Origin: Trichosphaerium sp. ATCC 40318
Lineage: Eukaryota; Protista; Tubulinea
Assembly (NCBI GenBank): GCA_038496445.1
Contig: JALMLS010000179.1
Location: 434,001-498,000 of the forward strand
Length of the DNA: 64,000 nucleotides
Direction of reading: 5' to 3'
Part shown: in pieces, positions 1 through 10,631 of the stretch
Layout: the number at the start of each line of letters is the position of its first letter
Position numbering within the stretch: position 1 is the first letter of the stretch
Notes under the pieces: generated by a model
The model's database searches: none
Seen by the model: the letters and a program-made list of their open reading frames with translations, nothing else
Told to the model about the DNA's origin: nothing
Program-made: the position numbers and the translations under genes

Positions 1-551
1 GCTGGTGTTACTGATAGTAGTCTTGCTCAGTTGGCTAAAGGTTGTCCTCTTTTGGATGAACTTGTTTTGGCTCATTGTAGTAATATCAGTTGGCCTGTAT
101 TGTCTTCTTCCTTGAAGAAATGGAAGCTTCTTAAGAAGTTCAATGTTCGTGGTTATCTTGGTATTGATGAAAATTCTGTTATCGAACATGAAGAGATCAC
201 ACATTTGAATATTTCATGGTAAGGAAGAAAACCTTTTTTGGTTTCTCTTTTTTTTTTCCCTCTTTTCGAGCTTTTTTTTTGATCTCTTGCCACTTTGTGG
301 TTTTATTGGTTGTTTACTTATTTTCGTTTAGGTGTAAGAAAGCCAATGATACTACAGTTTGTAATGCTATTAATTTATGTCCCAAGTTAGAGTGCCTTAA
401 CTTAAGTTGGCTACCTAATATCACCGGAAATTCTATCGTTTCTATTGCTACAAAGTCTTCTATTATTTCATTAAATATACGCGGATGTACTATGATAGGA
501 AAAGATGCTCTACGATTCCTTTCTACAACACCAATTTTAGTTCAAAGGTAA
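1..551 (+). CDS. Leucine-rich repeat (FBXL/AMN1-type) protein, 3' part
   Basis: Cys-containing LRRs (CPLLDELVLAHC, CPKLECLNLSWLPNIT, LNIRGC). Intron 219-331 (GTAAGG..TTTAG) joins W/CKK in frame. Runs off the window start. Confidence 0.8.
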
Positions 552-868
552 ACGACAAAAGAAAGAAAGAAAAGGAAAAAAGCTTCGAAAAAACGAAAGT
601 CTGGTATGGAGATTGAAAAAAAAAACAATTGAAAATACTTGAAAAAAAAAAATAAGCAACGATTTTTTATTTTGTTGCGTAACTTGTACTTGTAATACTA
701 TAACCAAATAATAATATATTACTCATTTATCAATGTTGACTTGTTTCAAAAAAGCACCTTCAAAAAGTTGGCAACAAGGTTACGTTGTTACATTATGAAA
801 GTTGTTTTTGGCTATTTTTACATTTAGTTTGGTTGGGTTTTTTTACAAGGTGGTAAGTAGTTAGGGGT

Positions 869-1138
869 TTACAACTTCATCGCCAGAGGTATGTGAGCTG
901 GTGAGCAGAGTTTTAAAGGCGAGCAGTCGAGTTCCAAGTCACCAAAGTCGAGTCTGAACTGAGAGTTTATTTCTTCTTCGCGTTTTGTCTCGTCGATTGT
1001 CGGTATGATCTCTACTCGCTCTGAGAATGTAACTTGGCCATGTATTATCGAGGGTTCGATCACAGATGTTGTTTTGCGTGAGAGGAGGTTGAATGCGCGG
1101 CGTGTAAAGGATTTGAGAGACTTGGTAAATGTAAACAT
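869..1138 (-). CDS. 89-aa cassette microprotein (basic N-terminal leader; QVTFSERVEII RVxF-like motif), copy 1
   Basis: ATG-to-TAA ORF intact in all three cassette copies. Confidence 0.65.
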   Translation of the reverse strand: MFTFTKSLKSFTRRAFNLLSRKTTSVIEPSIIHGQVTFSERVEIIPTIDETKREEEINSQFRLDFGDLELDCSPLKLCSPAHIPLAMKL

Positions 1139-1869
1139 CTGATTGCAAGCAAGATTTGTGGTTAGTTCGGTTCAAGAAGTAAGATTATGATGTTTTAAGA
1201 CACTTTGGAGTCTTTAGTTTTGCAAACTGCACAAACTACATTTTTTGCGCACCCTAAAAAACATGTTGTATCGCTTGCGTTTATCGGCGAGTGTGCGTCA
1301 AGAGTGCAAACAAGTCATTTTGTGTTTGTTCTCGGATTCTCAATTTCTCAATAATTTCAGGGTATTTCCGTTATTCTCACAATAATTCTCCGTATCAGAC
1401 CGAGAGTCTGTTTATGGTACAACGTTATTAAAAATGATTCTTTGGTGTGGGAGGTTATTGGGTTTCGTTTCAGAGTAAATTTCAAGGAGATATCAGCTAA
1501 AAAAAGCAATTAAAAGTATATCATTTACTTTATTTGTTTGTATTCGTATTTTTCTTTTTTACGTGACTGTAAAACGAGACTGCAGGTGATGGTAGCGTCG
1601 CCAAAAGCATTTTCATCCATAAAAGTCTGTTGTTGGAACAGACAAAATGTGTACATTTGTATTTTTTCGGGCACTTTTTATTAAACTGCTACAATCCGAT
1701 TTCTCCATCTAGACTAATGGTCAGTAAGCGATACAGGTCTATTCATAAATCAACATGGTTTGTTCAATGCGATTTATACTATTAATGGATGGTTTCGGTG
1801 TAAAGTTAGACTTCAGTGTTTCGTTAAGTCAAAATACTAAAAACAACACAAACGAAACAACTCTTCCAA

Positions 1870-2475
1870 ATGCTTTCTTTCATCAGAACATCTATCATCA
1901 GCGTATTCAAAAGACGTACACGCAATACAAAGGGTAAATCAAAGACTCTTGAGAAGCTTGCTCGTAAACCTCTTAATCTTGGCGCCATTGCGACAGTGCT
2001 GAAGGAGACGGCGACACAAGTGACGAACATTCACTCGGCTGGCTACGCACACTTGGGAGTCTATTCAAACGCCATCACAATCATGCCAAAGGGTCAGATA
2101 CAGCTCGGTGGTACAAACAGAGCAACAAAGATGACCAACGGTGATACCTACAAATTCCCAGACCAAGGCGATTCCATGACCACAGATGTCTCCCACATTG
2201 GTTACTTGGCTGTCAGACTGTACCTCGGCGACTACGGCGATGAATGGGTAAACATGGCAAACGAAACAGGATTCTCATACCTCACAGCTCATTACACAAA
2301 CTCTGGACGTCAGATAAATAGATTGATAGATGCCAAAGCTCCACAGACTCTCATTCATTTCGTCAAGAAGTGTTTTGAACAAAACACAACGGCCTCAGAT
2401 CTACTGGATACACAATTGATTCACTTTGCGTCAAGTGCGCGCATCACGAGTTTATCTCGTGCTTGCAGGAAATAA
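1870..2475 (+). CDS. STE20-like pseudokinase, C-lobe only (201 aa), copy 1
   Basis: IATVLKE..IHSAGYAHLGVYSNAITI..GQIQLGG aligns to IAxILxE..LHSxGxIHRDIKxxNILL..GxVKLAD. DVSHIGYLAVRLYLG matches DIWSLGITAIELAxG. FVKKCF..TASDLL matches FVxKCL..TAxELL. HRD and DFG are absent. Confidence 0.8.
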   Translation: MLSFIRTSIISVFKRRTRNTKGKSKTLEKLARKPLNLGAIATVLKETATQVTNIHSAGYAHLGVYSNAITIMPKGQIQLGGTNRATKMTNGDTYKFPDQGDSMTTDVSHIGYLAVRLYLGDYGDEWVNMANETGFSYLTAHYTNSGRQINRLIDAKAPQTLIHFVKKCFEQNTTASDLLDTQLIHFASSARITSLSRACRK

Positions 2476-2565
2476 CTTCTCTTCCCACCTAAAAAACTTG
2501 TATTATAAAAAACAACTTCGTCAAAATAAATGTACTATACCTCGCCACTTTCGTTTGTTTCACAT

Positions 2566-3089
2566 ATGTTAGCGCATGTGGAGCACATTTGTGCTAATAT
2601 TGTATCGTACTACTTCACGTTTTGGATTTTTGTCTTTCTTCTCGTAAGCAACTCTAAACTAATAACAACTTCGTGTTGTTCTAGCTTCTTTCTATCAGTT
2701 TATTTTTGCGTACCTTCGGTTGCAACCAGGTGAAGACAATGTGGCTGTTACAACCTCATACCGCGCCGGTTAGCAGGTCGATGAGTAAGTTTTCGTCAGA
2801 CAATTATTTCGAAGGAGAGCTACGTTGTAGTTATGACAATGCCATGTGTAGGAGTTCGCGTGTGAGGGATCCACCGTTGCGTAAGGAAAAAAATTCCTTT
2901 CTTTGGTAATTACTGCTATTCGTTAGCTGCGTTTGCTAAGCTATATTTCACGCGATCTCGCAGAGCAAACAATCCCTTTTTAGAATACGATCAAGTACGC
3001 GATCATTCTCATGCTTCACAAGTTATAGATGCATAGAACACTATAAACGTAGTATTTTAGTGTTTGTATATTTTTCATTGATAAAATAG
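2566..3089 (+). CDS. Possible small spliced hypothetical protein
   Basis: ATG at 2566. GTAAGC..TAG and GTAAGG..TAG introns join ORFs 2530 and 2706 in frame. No recognisable domain. Confidence 0.3.
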
Positions 3090-3621
3090 TGCCACGAAGC
3101 TCTCTTCGCGTGTGGTACGCACTATTGCAACACAATAGCTATTTATGTGTTGCTTTTCGCTCACAAAAAAAAAAAAGAGAGTACAAGGATGTACGAACGG
3201 CGCAGAGGACAACAAATAGTTTGCACAAATGCTTGGTGGATATTCTTGTTAGATAGGTTTATCTTATGAAATTTAGTGTAATTTTTCGTAACAACAAACA
3301 AATTTATGATTGATGAGTGATGAAATTATCGAGTTTTCAAATATCAATCATTGATAAAACAGCATTTAAATACACCCAACACACAAGCAACAACACCTCC
3401 GTACATCTAAACAATGCTTGCAGCGTATACAACAACTATTCCACGCAAACATACGAAACACTACTCGCAGGCACAGATGAGACCCGCAAAGCGACGCAAA
3501 ACGTACGCCAATGCGTCTGTAATTGATATAAAGTAGTTTTAGCTCTCTAGCGCGTTTTTGTTTTTGCCGTTTCAATTTTCACTCAAGAAATTCTGTTTAT
3601 TTTATCTTACTTTACTCGTAG

Positions 3622-4903
3622 CGCTCCTGTAGTACTACGCATATGGCTCAATATCCTTCCAAACGAGTTGTGGGGACATATAATCAAAAAAGTGCCAAGT
3701 AGAAAGGCAACATCTTTAACTTGTCTCTTTTTTCGCGACGTCGTCCGATACGTTGCTGGACATCATACAGTTCGTACCAAAACTAAAAAAGACGCTATCA
3801 AACTTGGAAAATACAAAGGCATTCTGAGGAACGCAATCATCAGATGTCACGTCCAAATACGCGATAACGCAATGAGATACCTACGCGGAGTACAGAGGAT
3901 AGAGCTTAGAGATTGTGGACAACTTACAAACGCCGCAATGAAGTCAATCGCTGGAGTCAAAGAAATAATGATACAAGGAAAGAATAACATCTCAGAGGAA
4001 GGATTTTGTGCTCTTGCCGGTGCAATTAACGTCATTTTCATCGATCAATTCGGTTTAACCGATGGCGGGCTTCGAGGATTCAAAGGAGCACATACAGTAA
4101 CCCTCATCCGCTGTGAACGCATCACTGACACTGGAATCGAAGAACTAAGCGCCGTGATAAACCTCACAATAAGGGGTTGTTACGGAATTTCTGGTCAAGG
4201 TTTCAAAGGAATCTCAGGAGCTTGCAGAGTTGATGTCGCTCACTCACTAGTAGACAGCGATGGAATAAAGCATCTAGCGGGTGTTCATACGATCAACTTG
4301 AACTCTTGTCGCCGAATCTGCGATGAAGGAGTTAGGAGGCTTGCAGGCGTACACTCTATCGATATTTCTAATATCGGTATCGGAAATGAAGGTATAAAAG
4401 CTCTTGCGGGAGTACATACAATCCTCATGTCACACAATCTCGAGGTTTCGAATGAAGGTATATCTCATCTTGCCGGGGTTCATACAATCGATCTAAGCTA
4501 TACAAACGTGGGAGTTGAAGGCCTCAAATTTCTAGCCGGCGTTCATACTATTTCGCTTGAGAGGTGTAAACATGTCAACGATAAAGGTATTAAACATCTC
4601 GCTGGTGTACATACCATTAATCTGGCAAGATGCACTGGAATAAGAGATAAAGGTGTCTCAGCATTGGCAGGTGTCCATTCTATAAATCTTGCAAGATGCA
4701 CAAAGGTTTCAAACGAAAGTATCATACATCTTGGCGGCGTTCATACGATTAATATCGCTCACACGAAAGTGGATATCGAGGCGGGTATTGCCTCTATAAT
4801 ACGTAGTATAAAGAAACTTACCGTGACACATTCTCAGTATGGTCAATTAGCACCAGAAAATCAAGGAGGACTCTGCCGAATGGCACGTGTAACCTTGGTA
4901 TAA
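3622..4903 (+). CDS. F-box + LRR protein with LAGVHTINL repeats
   Basis: LNILPNELWGHII F-box start, then about a dozen ~22-aa repeats LAGVHTIxLxxCxxIxDxG. Single long exon; start codon unresolved. Confidence 0.85.
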
Positions 4904-5284
4904 ATACAACTTACACTAAATAAATTATTTACTACATTCGTGTTTGCACATGTTCATTTAGTATTCACATAGACCGAGTTAGTACTCACCCGTTCATCGA
5001 GTATGTAAATGGTTTAAATTGCTTATTCATCCTCATTAAACTCCTTTTGCTCACCACCGTTTCCAATCAACGAACATTGCACTTTTTTTGTTATTTCAGC
5101 ACTTAGTTACCTTAGTTGTAGCGTCTTGTATCAAGCCCTGACTGATGTTGCTTTAATCACGTGTAGCACTTTCATCAGATAAACGGAAGAGAATTCCATC
5201 AAATAAAACTTAGGCACTAGCGCCATGGAAAGGCTTGCGTATTGTAGCAGCTCCAATAAAGTCTTTGTTTTTCAGAAATAGTTT

Positions 5285-7579
5285 TTATTTTTTCGAAGGC
5301 ATCCTTGGTTCTTGTTTGTTAGACAACGTCCAACGTTCATCATTAGTCATAGTGGATTTCCATGAATTTATTATATCACGAATCCATGGAATTGTAGTGA
5401 AAGGATACGACACAACAAGAGCTTGATTAAAATGACCAATTGCAGTATAGCAAAGTTTAACTTTCATGGCATTGAAACATCGCTCGCTTTTTGGGGTATC
5501 CCATTGCAAGAAGTTACCATTCCCATCAGTTATAAACACAATGTCTGACAGAGTCATACCCAAATAAGGTACTTGCGGAAGACCACCTCGCGTTCTGTCA
5601 CTAAAAATCAAGAAAAGTCAAATCCAGAAAGCATTGAAGAAAAAACCCAATACAACAGTAGGAAAAAAGTTCAAAACATTATTGTGTGCAAAAGTAACGT
5701 ACGATGTGAATTCTCTTATCTTATGGAATGATCTTACATTTGACATTAGATCTCTTAGTTCCTCAACTTGTCTTTTATACTTCTTCTTCTTAAAAACCTT
5801 AAAAGCAAAAAAAGGTTATTCAAAAGGGTACTGTTTCAAGCGTCTTAGAGAACTTTTTTTTAAGATTAAGATTAAATACAAGTGCACTTACTTCACTCCA
5901 TGTCTTCTTAAGTCTGTGTACAGCACTTATACTTAAGCCACCGAGTATTGCCGTTGCATCATTTGCATTTCCAAGTGATATCAGCTTTGTTGCAAGATTT
6001 ATAAAATAAATAGCACGAGATGCTCTTATTTTAACTGTATCTCCACATAGTATAGAATCACTTACAAAATAAACAAGCTATCCATACAAAAATAAGTAAA
6101 CCGATGGTAGGCGCACTGCGAGAATTAAGGCAAGTCTTCTTTACTTTTTTTTGAATAAAAAAATCGCACTTGGTTAAACTGGTTGATTATTATACTTAGA
6201 TTACCAGTTGAAGGAGGTCTAGTGTAATAGAATAGCTTACTAGGATTTATCTTACGCATACTATGAAACTGTGAATAATTAGAGGTGGTTATATGCGTAC
6301 ATTTCTTGATTCTTTATAGTTAACTCTATGGCAACTTCAGCGAAAGGTACATCCCAAAGTTCAGACACTTCTGTTTTGAATTTTTTACGTTTCGCCATCT
6401 GTGTACATGGCTCGTATACAATACCACCACGATTGCAGAACATACCGAGTGACTCCTTTATCACAGAAGATTAGGGAAGATAAAATAGATTGTAAAGACG
6501 AACATGGTGATCTTTGTTATTTTCTATATGCTTAAGTCTAGCTTTCAATGTATTGTTTATCTGTACTTGATGTTCATCAAGCATATGTTCTAGAAACTCT
6601 AGAAATTCTGCTGTCCATTCCCCATCTGCTGTCACAATAGCATAGATGATTGGTACGTTAGAAACGATATAACAGAGGAATTCAACAATACTAACAGTAT
6701 AAGCAATAAGATATTTTTCTTATAAAACTCGAGGCTAACTTACCGGTATGCAGATATATTATGAGGATCCAAAAAATACACTTTGGATAGTGCTGTCACG
6801 AATTCGGTTGGAAAGTCTTTTATCTTGAACAAAGATGCCGTCAGGAGAGGTAAAAAATCGCCTTAAGAGATTTATCAGTAAACGATTAAACAACCTTGAG
6901 CGTACTTGAAATATCATACTCTTCCATATTCAAGTGCATTGATTTTACGCACTCTATAGGAGAGAATTTTATTGGAGACGCTATCAAGTAGACTAAACCA
7001 TCAACACTCAACCCTTTTACACTTTCTATGATACTATAAAATTCGCCTTCATCGTCGAACTTAATATCTTTGTTTTCTCGAATACCATCGTAAAGTATCT
7101 ACAAAATTCTATTAATAACATACCCACGTGACAGTGACCAAGGTATCTTACCTTAGAAAATTCCTTATATTTGCCTAAAATCTCACGGGTAGGTTTTTGT
7201 AATATGCGGAGAAGAACAAGCCAAGTAGCATCGTAAGATTTTAGAAGTTGTGTAACTGAGATAGAAAACGAGGTCAGCAGTTTTTTGGAAATAAAATGGT
7301 TGAGAGTGAACCTTCTTCAAAGGAAAGACCGAACCACGTCAAAAGAGGTTTTTTCCAGGTCGTTGGAGCTGAAATTATAGCGTTCCACTCTTTACAAACC
7401 TAAATCGGTTATTAATGCCGTTATTCTGTATATCGCGTAACAAAAGTATTGGTAACGTACTGAGCAGCTTGAAACAAGTATATGAGGCAAAATTGATTTA
7501 AAGACCTTGACAAGTTAGAAAACCAATCTACTATGGTAGGGCGCACCTTTTGGAGTACTTCAGGAGGTAGAGTTTCCAT
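5285..7579 (-). CDS. F-box-like + RasGEF (CDC25 domain) protein, multi-exon
   Basis: N-terminal METLPPEVLQK. CDC25 hallmarks EVAIELTIKNQEMY, AILGGLSISAVHRLKKTW and PQVPYLGMTLSDIVFITDGN. Confidence 0.8.
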
Positions 7580-7749
7580 ATACCTTTTCTTTTGCCAATA
7601 AGCGTTGACGTTAGTACACTTAGTACTTAACCTAGCGTTAAGCACTAACAAAACTGTCAGTGTTTGTTGCGCTGACTTGAGCTATTCTGGCTAAGTTGTG
7701 CACAGGACACGTATTTCTTTGTTTTACTTGCCACAAAAATCCTGTTTAT

Positions 7750-9398
7750 TCACGCGACCGTACATTTTTTCTGATCTTGAAAGCTGGTACTGTTTTTTCT
7801 TTGTTTTTTCTTCTTTTTTCCACCGTTATTGGTATTATCAAAAGATAGTGATACAGCCCTAGTACCATGCCAACCACTTTGGGGATTAGAGAAAGCGATA
7901 GCAACGGCATCTGCTTTTTCATCGAAATGAACAAAGTTACCACCAGAACCAATATAACGTCTTTCAGATGGCTTTATAACTTTTGGATAAGCAGGGTCTT
8001 TGCCATTAAGAACATAAAAATTACCATAACAATCACAAGCAATACCTTTATATCCTTCAAAATGTAAGCCATATAGCTCCGGGACACGTGTCTCAGTCCA
8101 TCCGACCACAGGCGCAAAATCATTCTCTGAATCGTACACTACAAGTTTAGACGGTCGTGTACCATAAACCAACAGTTTAGTTTCTCCTGGCATCCAAAAC
8201 AGCATTTTGAGAGGATACATATGCGCCGCTGGTTCATAAAAGTTCCAGGTCTTTATCATTTGTTTAGATTCAACATTCCAAACGTAACATTTATAGTATG
8301 AGCTACTGACAAACATCTTACCATCCTCTGTAGGACAGACACAATATATTTCATTATCATCTCTGTAACCATACATACCTACAAATGATCATCACGTGAT
8401 ATCCTGAAACATTATAAGGATCAATTAAGCTTACCTGGTTTGTGGCGATCTTCGGGGCTATAGTGATTAAACGTGGCGATGCATTTGGGCTCTTTTGTTT
8501 CCCATAGTGTTACTCCTTTTTTGGAATCTGCACAAGATATAAAAAGTAAACTACCCTTGTTTTAATGTGAGCAGAGTTCTTTACAAACAGTGTAACTTAC
8601 TTTTTGAGCCAAAGCCATATGAGATATAGGGTAGTGTTGCCACGTACAACTTGCCTCCGGTGAGGTGTACTCAAATTTGTACTCCTGAAATACTTCCGCT
8701 GGAAACGAACTTTTCTTATTCGTGATATCATACGCACATACGCCTCTTTGGAAACCCAAGTAGAGAATGTCACCATAACTCGTCATACTAAAGAACGTCA
8801 AAGACATATTATTATGATAGTTTTTTACCATCCTAAAGAGCCACGATTAAAAGAAAGCAAGGTGACATCCTTTGGTTCAGAAAGGTCATTAAAACGTGAT
8901 ATTTTTCCCGATATTGCCCCGAAGAAGTATATCGGTTTTCCTGAACCGTCACGCATTAAACGAGCACTAGCGATGTCAATAAAGAGCTTTTCGATCGCAC
9001 AATGCAGACAAATATGTTACCATCGGTTTTCCGGTCCAGTTGCTACATCACTCACCATGAGGTTATTATTGGGCCCTTTTATGTGTAAGTAGTGTTGCAT
9101 GTCAAACGTGATGTTCACATTTTTTGCATTAGGCGAACTAAAAAACGCGTCTGTACCTGTAAATTTGTCCACAAATTGTTGTAGGCATTTATCGTGAATG
9201 TTTTGTATGTAGAATTGCTTCAGCGAGGTTTCTATTGATGAACGCGATCTAACCCTACAAAAATGCGCCCATACCACGTCTTTGGCATAAAAAATACTCC
9301 AAGGCTTACAAATTACGCAACAAGTCAGTACATCATCTGCAGATAGTGTCTTGGTGATGAGAACAATAATTTCGGTTGGTAACACTTCCAACGTCCAT
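7750..9398 (-). CDS. F-box + WD40/beta-propeller protein, multi-exon
   Basis: LEVLPTEIIVLITKTLSADDVLTCCVICKPW F-box; WD-like IYCVCPTEDGKMFVSSSYYKCYVWNV. The in-frame stops fall inside GT-AG introns. Confidence 0.75.
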
Positions 9399-9621
9399 TT
9401 GTGTCACATACAACGGTTTGTAAGGTAGCTACTTAATGATCTACAATTAAGTCAACTACTGAAGCACGAGGTTGTATTTATTTAAACGCCCTCCCTTTCG
9501 CCCTCAACAATTGAATTACTACTGCGTGTTCCAACTTGCTTTGCAGAACATGACAACATAGTTTAACTTGTTATGTTATTTATTTACAATGATTTACATA
9601 TTGTACACGGCCCGAACTGCA

Positions 9622-10473
9622 TTACATGATACGATAGATTTGTCTTCTCTGCTGTGATAATCTATTGTCGGCTTTTGAAACCGTTTCATCGAGCCTCTTT
9701 AATCTTGTTGTCTGAGATGTTATAGTGTCATTCATATCTTTAGCCATATCAGTCATTGAATCTAACATTTTATCAAGTTGGTCCAAATCATCATTCTGTT
9801 CCTTTATATACAATTCTTGGCTTGTCAATTCGCGATTCATCACCTAAAAACAAGTCAATAAGTACAATAGAAGCATTAACCACTCAAAAAAAAATTTGTA
9901 AATGAAATCCGTACGTGTTGATTTGAACCAATATCAAACCAATCACGTGATGAATCATTATCGTCAAAGGGACTTGTATCTCTATTAGAGTTTGCTGTCT
10001 CTCGATTTCTTTGACGACTTTCGTTTTTACGCTCAAACTTTGCTTCCCACTTCTCTTCCGCTATTTTGTGTTGGCTGGAATTATCACGCTTGAATCTATT
10101 GGCAAATGAGCTCCAAATTGATCCAATTCCATTCAAAAGCCTCTTTGATGTATTTAATTGATCATTAATACCAGCTACACGATGTTGCATGCGTTGAATA
10201 CGTTCTACAATTGAGTTAGATTTTAAAAAGGTTGTGTTAGCGTTACCTCCTTGAGATTCGAGCTCTCTCAAAGTTTCTTCACCTACATCCAACGATTCTT
10301 GGGCGTATTGCTACAAAAAATGTTACAAGCAAATTACCGCATGTAGCGTTACGTACGAGCGCAATTTTAGTGTTTGATGCTCGTTTAGGAGTTTTAACAG
10401 TTTCTTGCTGTTGTTCTCCAAACAGCTCTAACCTTTCTTCTTCATCAGTATCATACATTGTAGTTGTTTTCAT
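9622..10473 (-). CDS. Qbc-SNARE, SNAP-25/SNAP-29 family
   Basis: Two SNARE helices (VGEETLRELESQGERIQRM; EQNDDLDQLDKMLDSMTDMAKDMNDTITSQ), no transmembrane segment, three introns. Confidence 0.88.
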
Positions 10474-10631
10474 ATGGAATTTGTACTTCTATAATTTATT
10501 TTTGTTTTATTTGAAAACTGAAATTTTGAGACTTACGTTCACTAAACCACATTAAGCACAGACCGAAATTCCGCTACTCAAAACGATACAGTAACCAGCA
10601 AAAAGAATTCAACAACTAACACAATGATTGT

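Larger units (their letters stand above)
763..2534 (+). repeat. Dispersed ~1.8-kb two-gene cassette, copy 1
   Basis: Near-identical to 15972-17783 and, reverse-complemented, to 38423-39800, including the 730-bp spacer between the genes. Right end ...TTCGTCAAAATAAATGTA. Confidence 0.95.

Noticed and set aside
939-1175. 78-aa ORF overlapping the 89-aa microprotein, and the 60/68-aa ORFs at 1755-2030, repeated with the cassette
   Set aside because: Non-ATG starts or overlap with the better-supported ORFs; their recurrence follows from DNA identity of the repeat.
3307-3349. ATGATTGAT/ATCAATCAT inverted repeat with a box C-like GTGATGA
   Set aside because: No box D or guide sequence; short AT-rich stem compatible with chance.
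8820-9025. Two in-frame TGG-TAA stops suggesting stop-codon reassignment
   Set aside because: Both are TG|GTAA donors of frame-preserving GT-AG introns. TAA, TAG and TGA all terminate genuine genes here.
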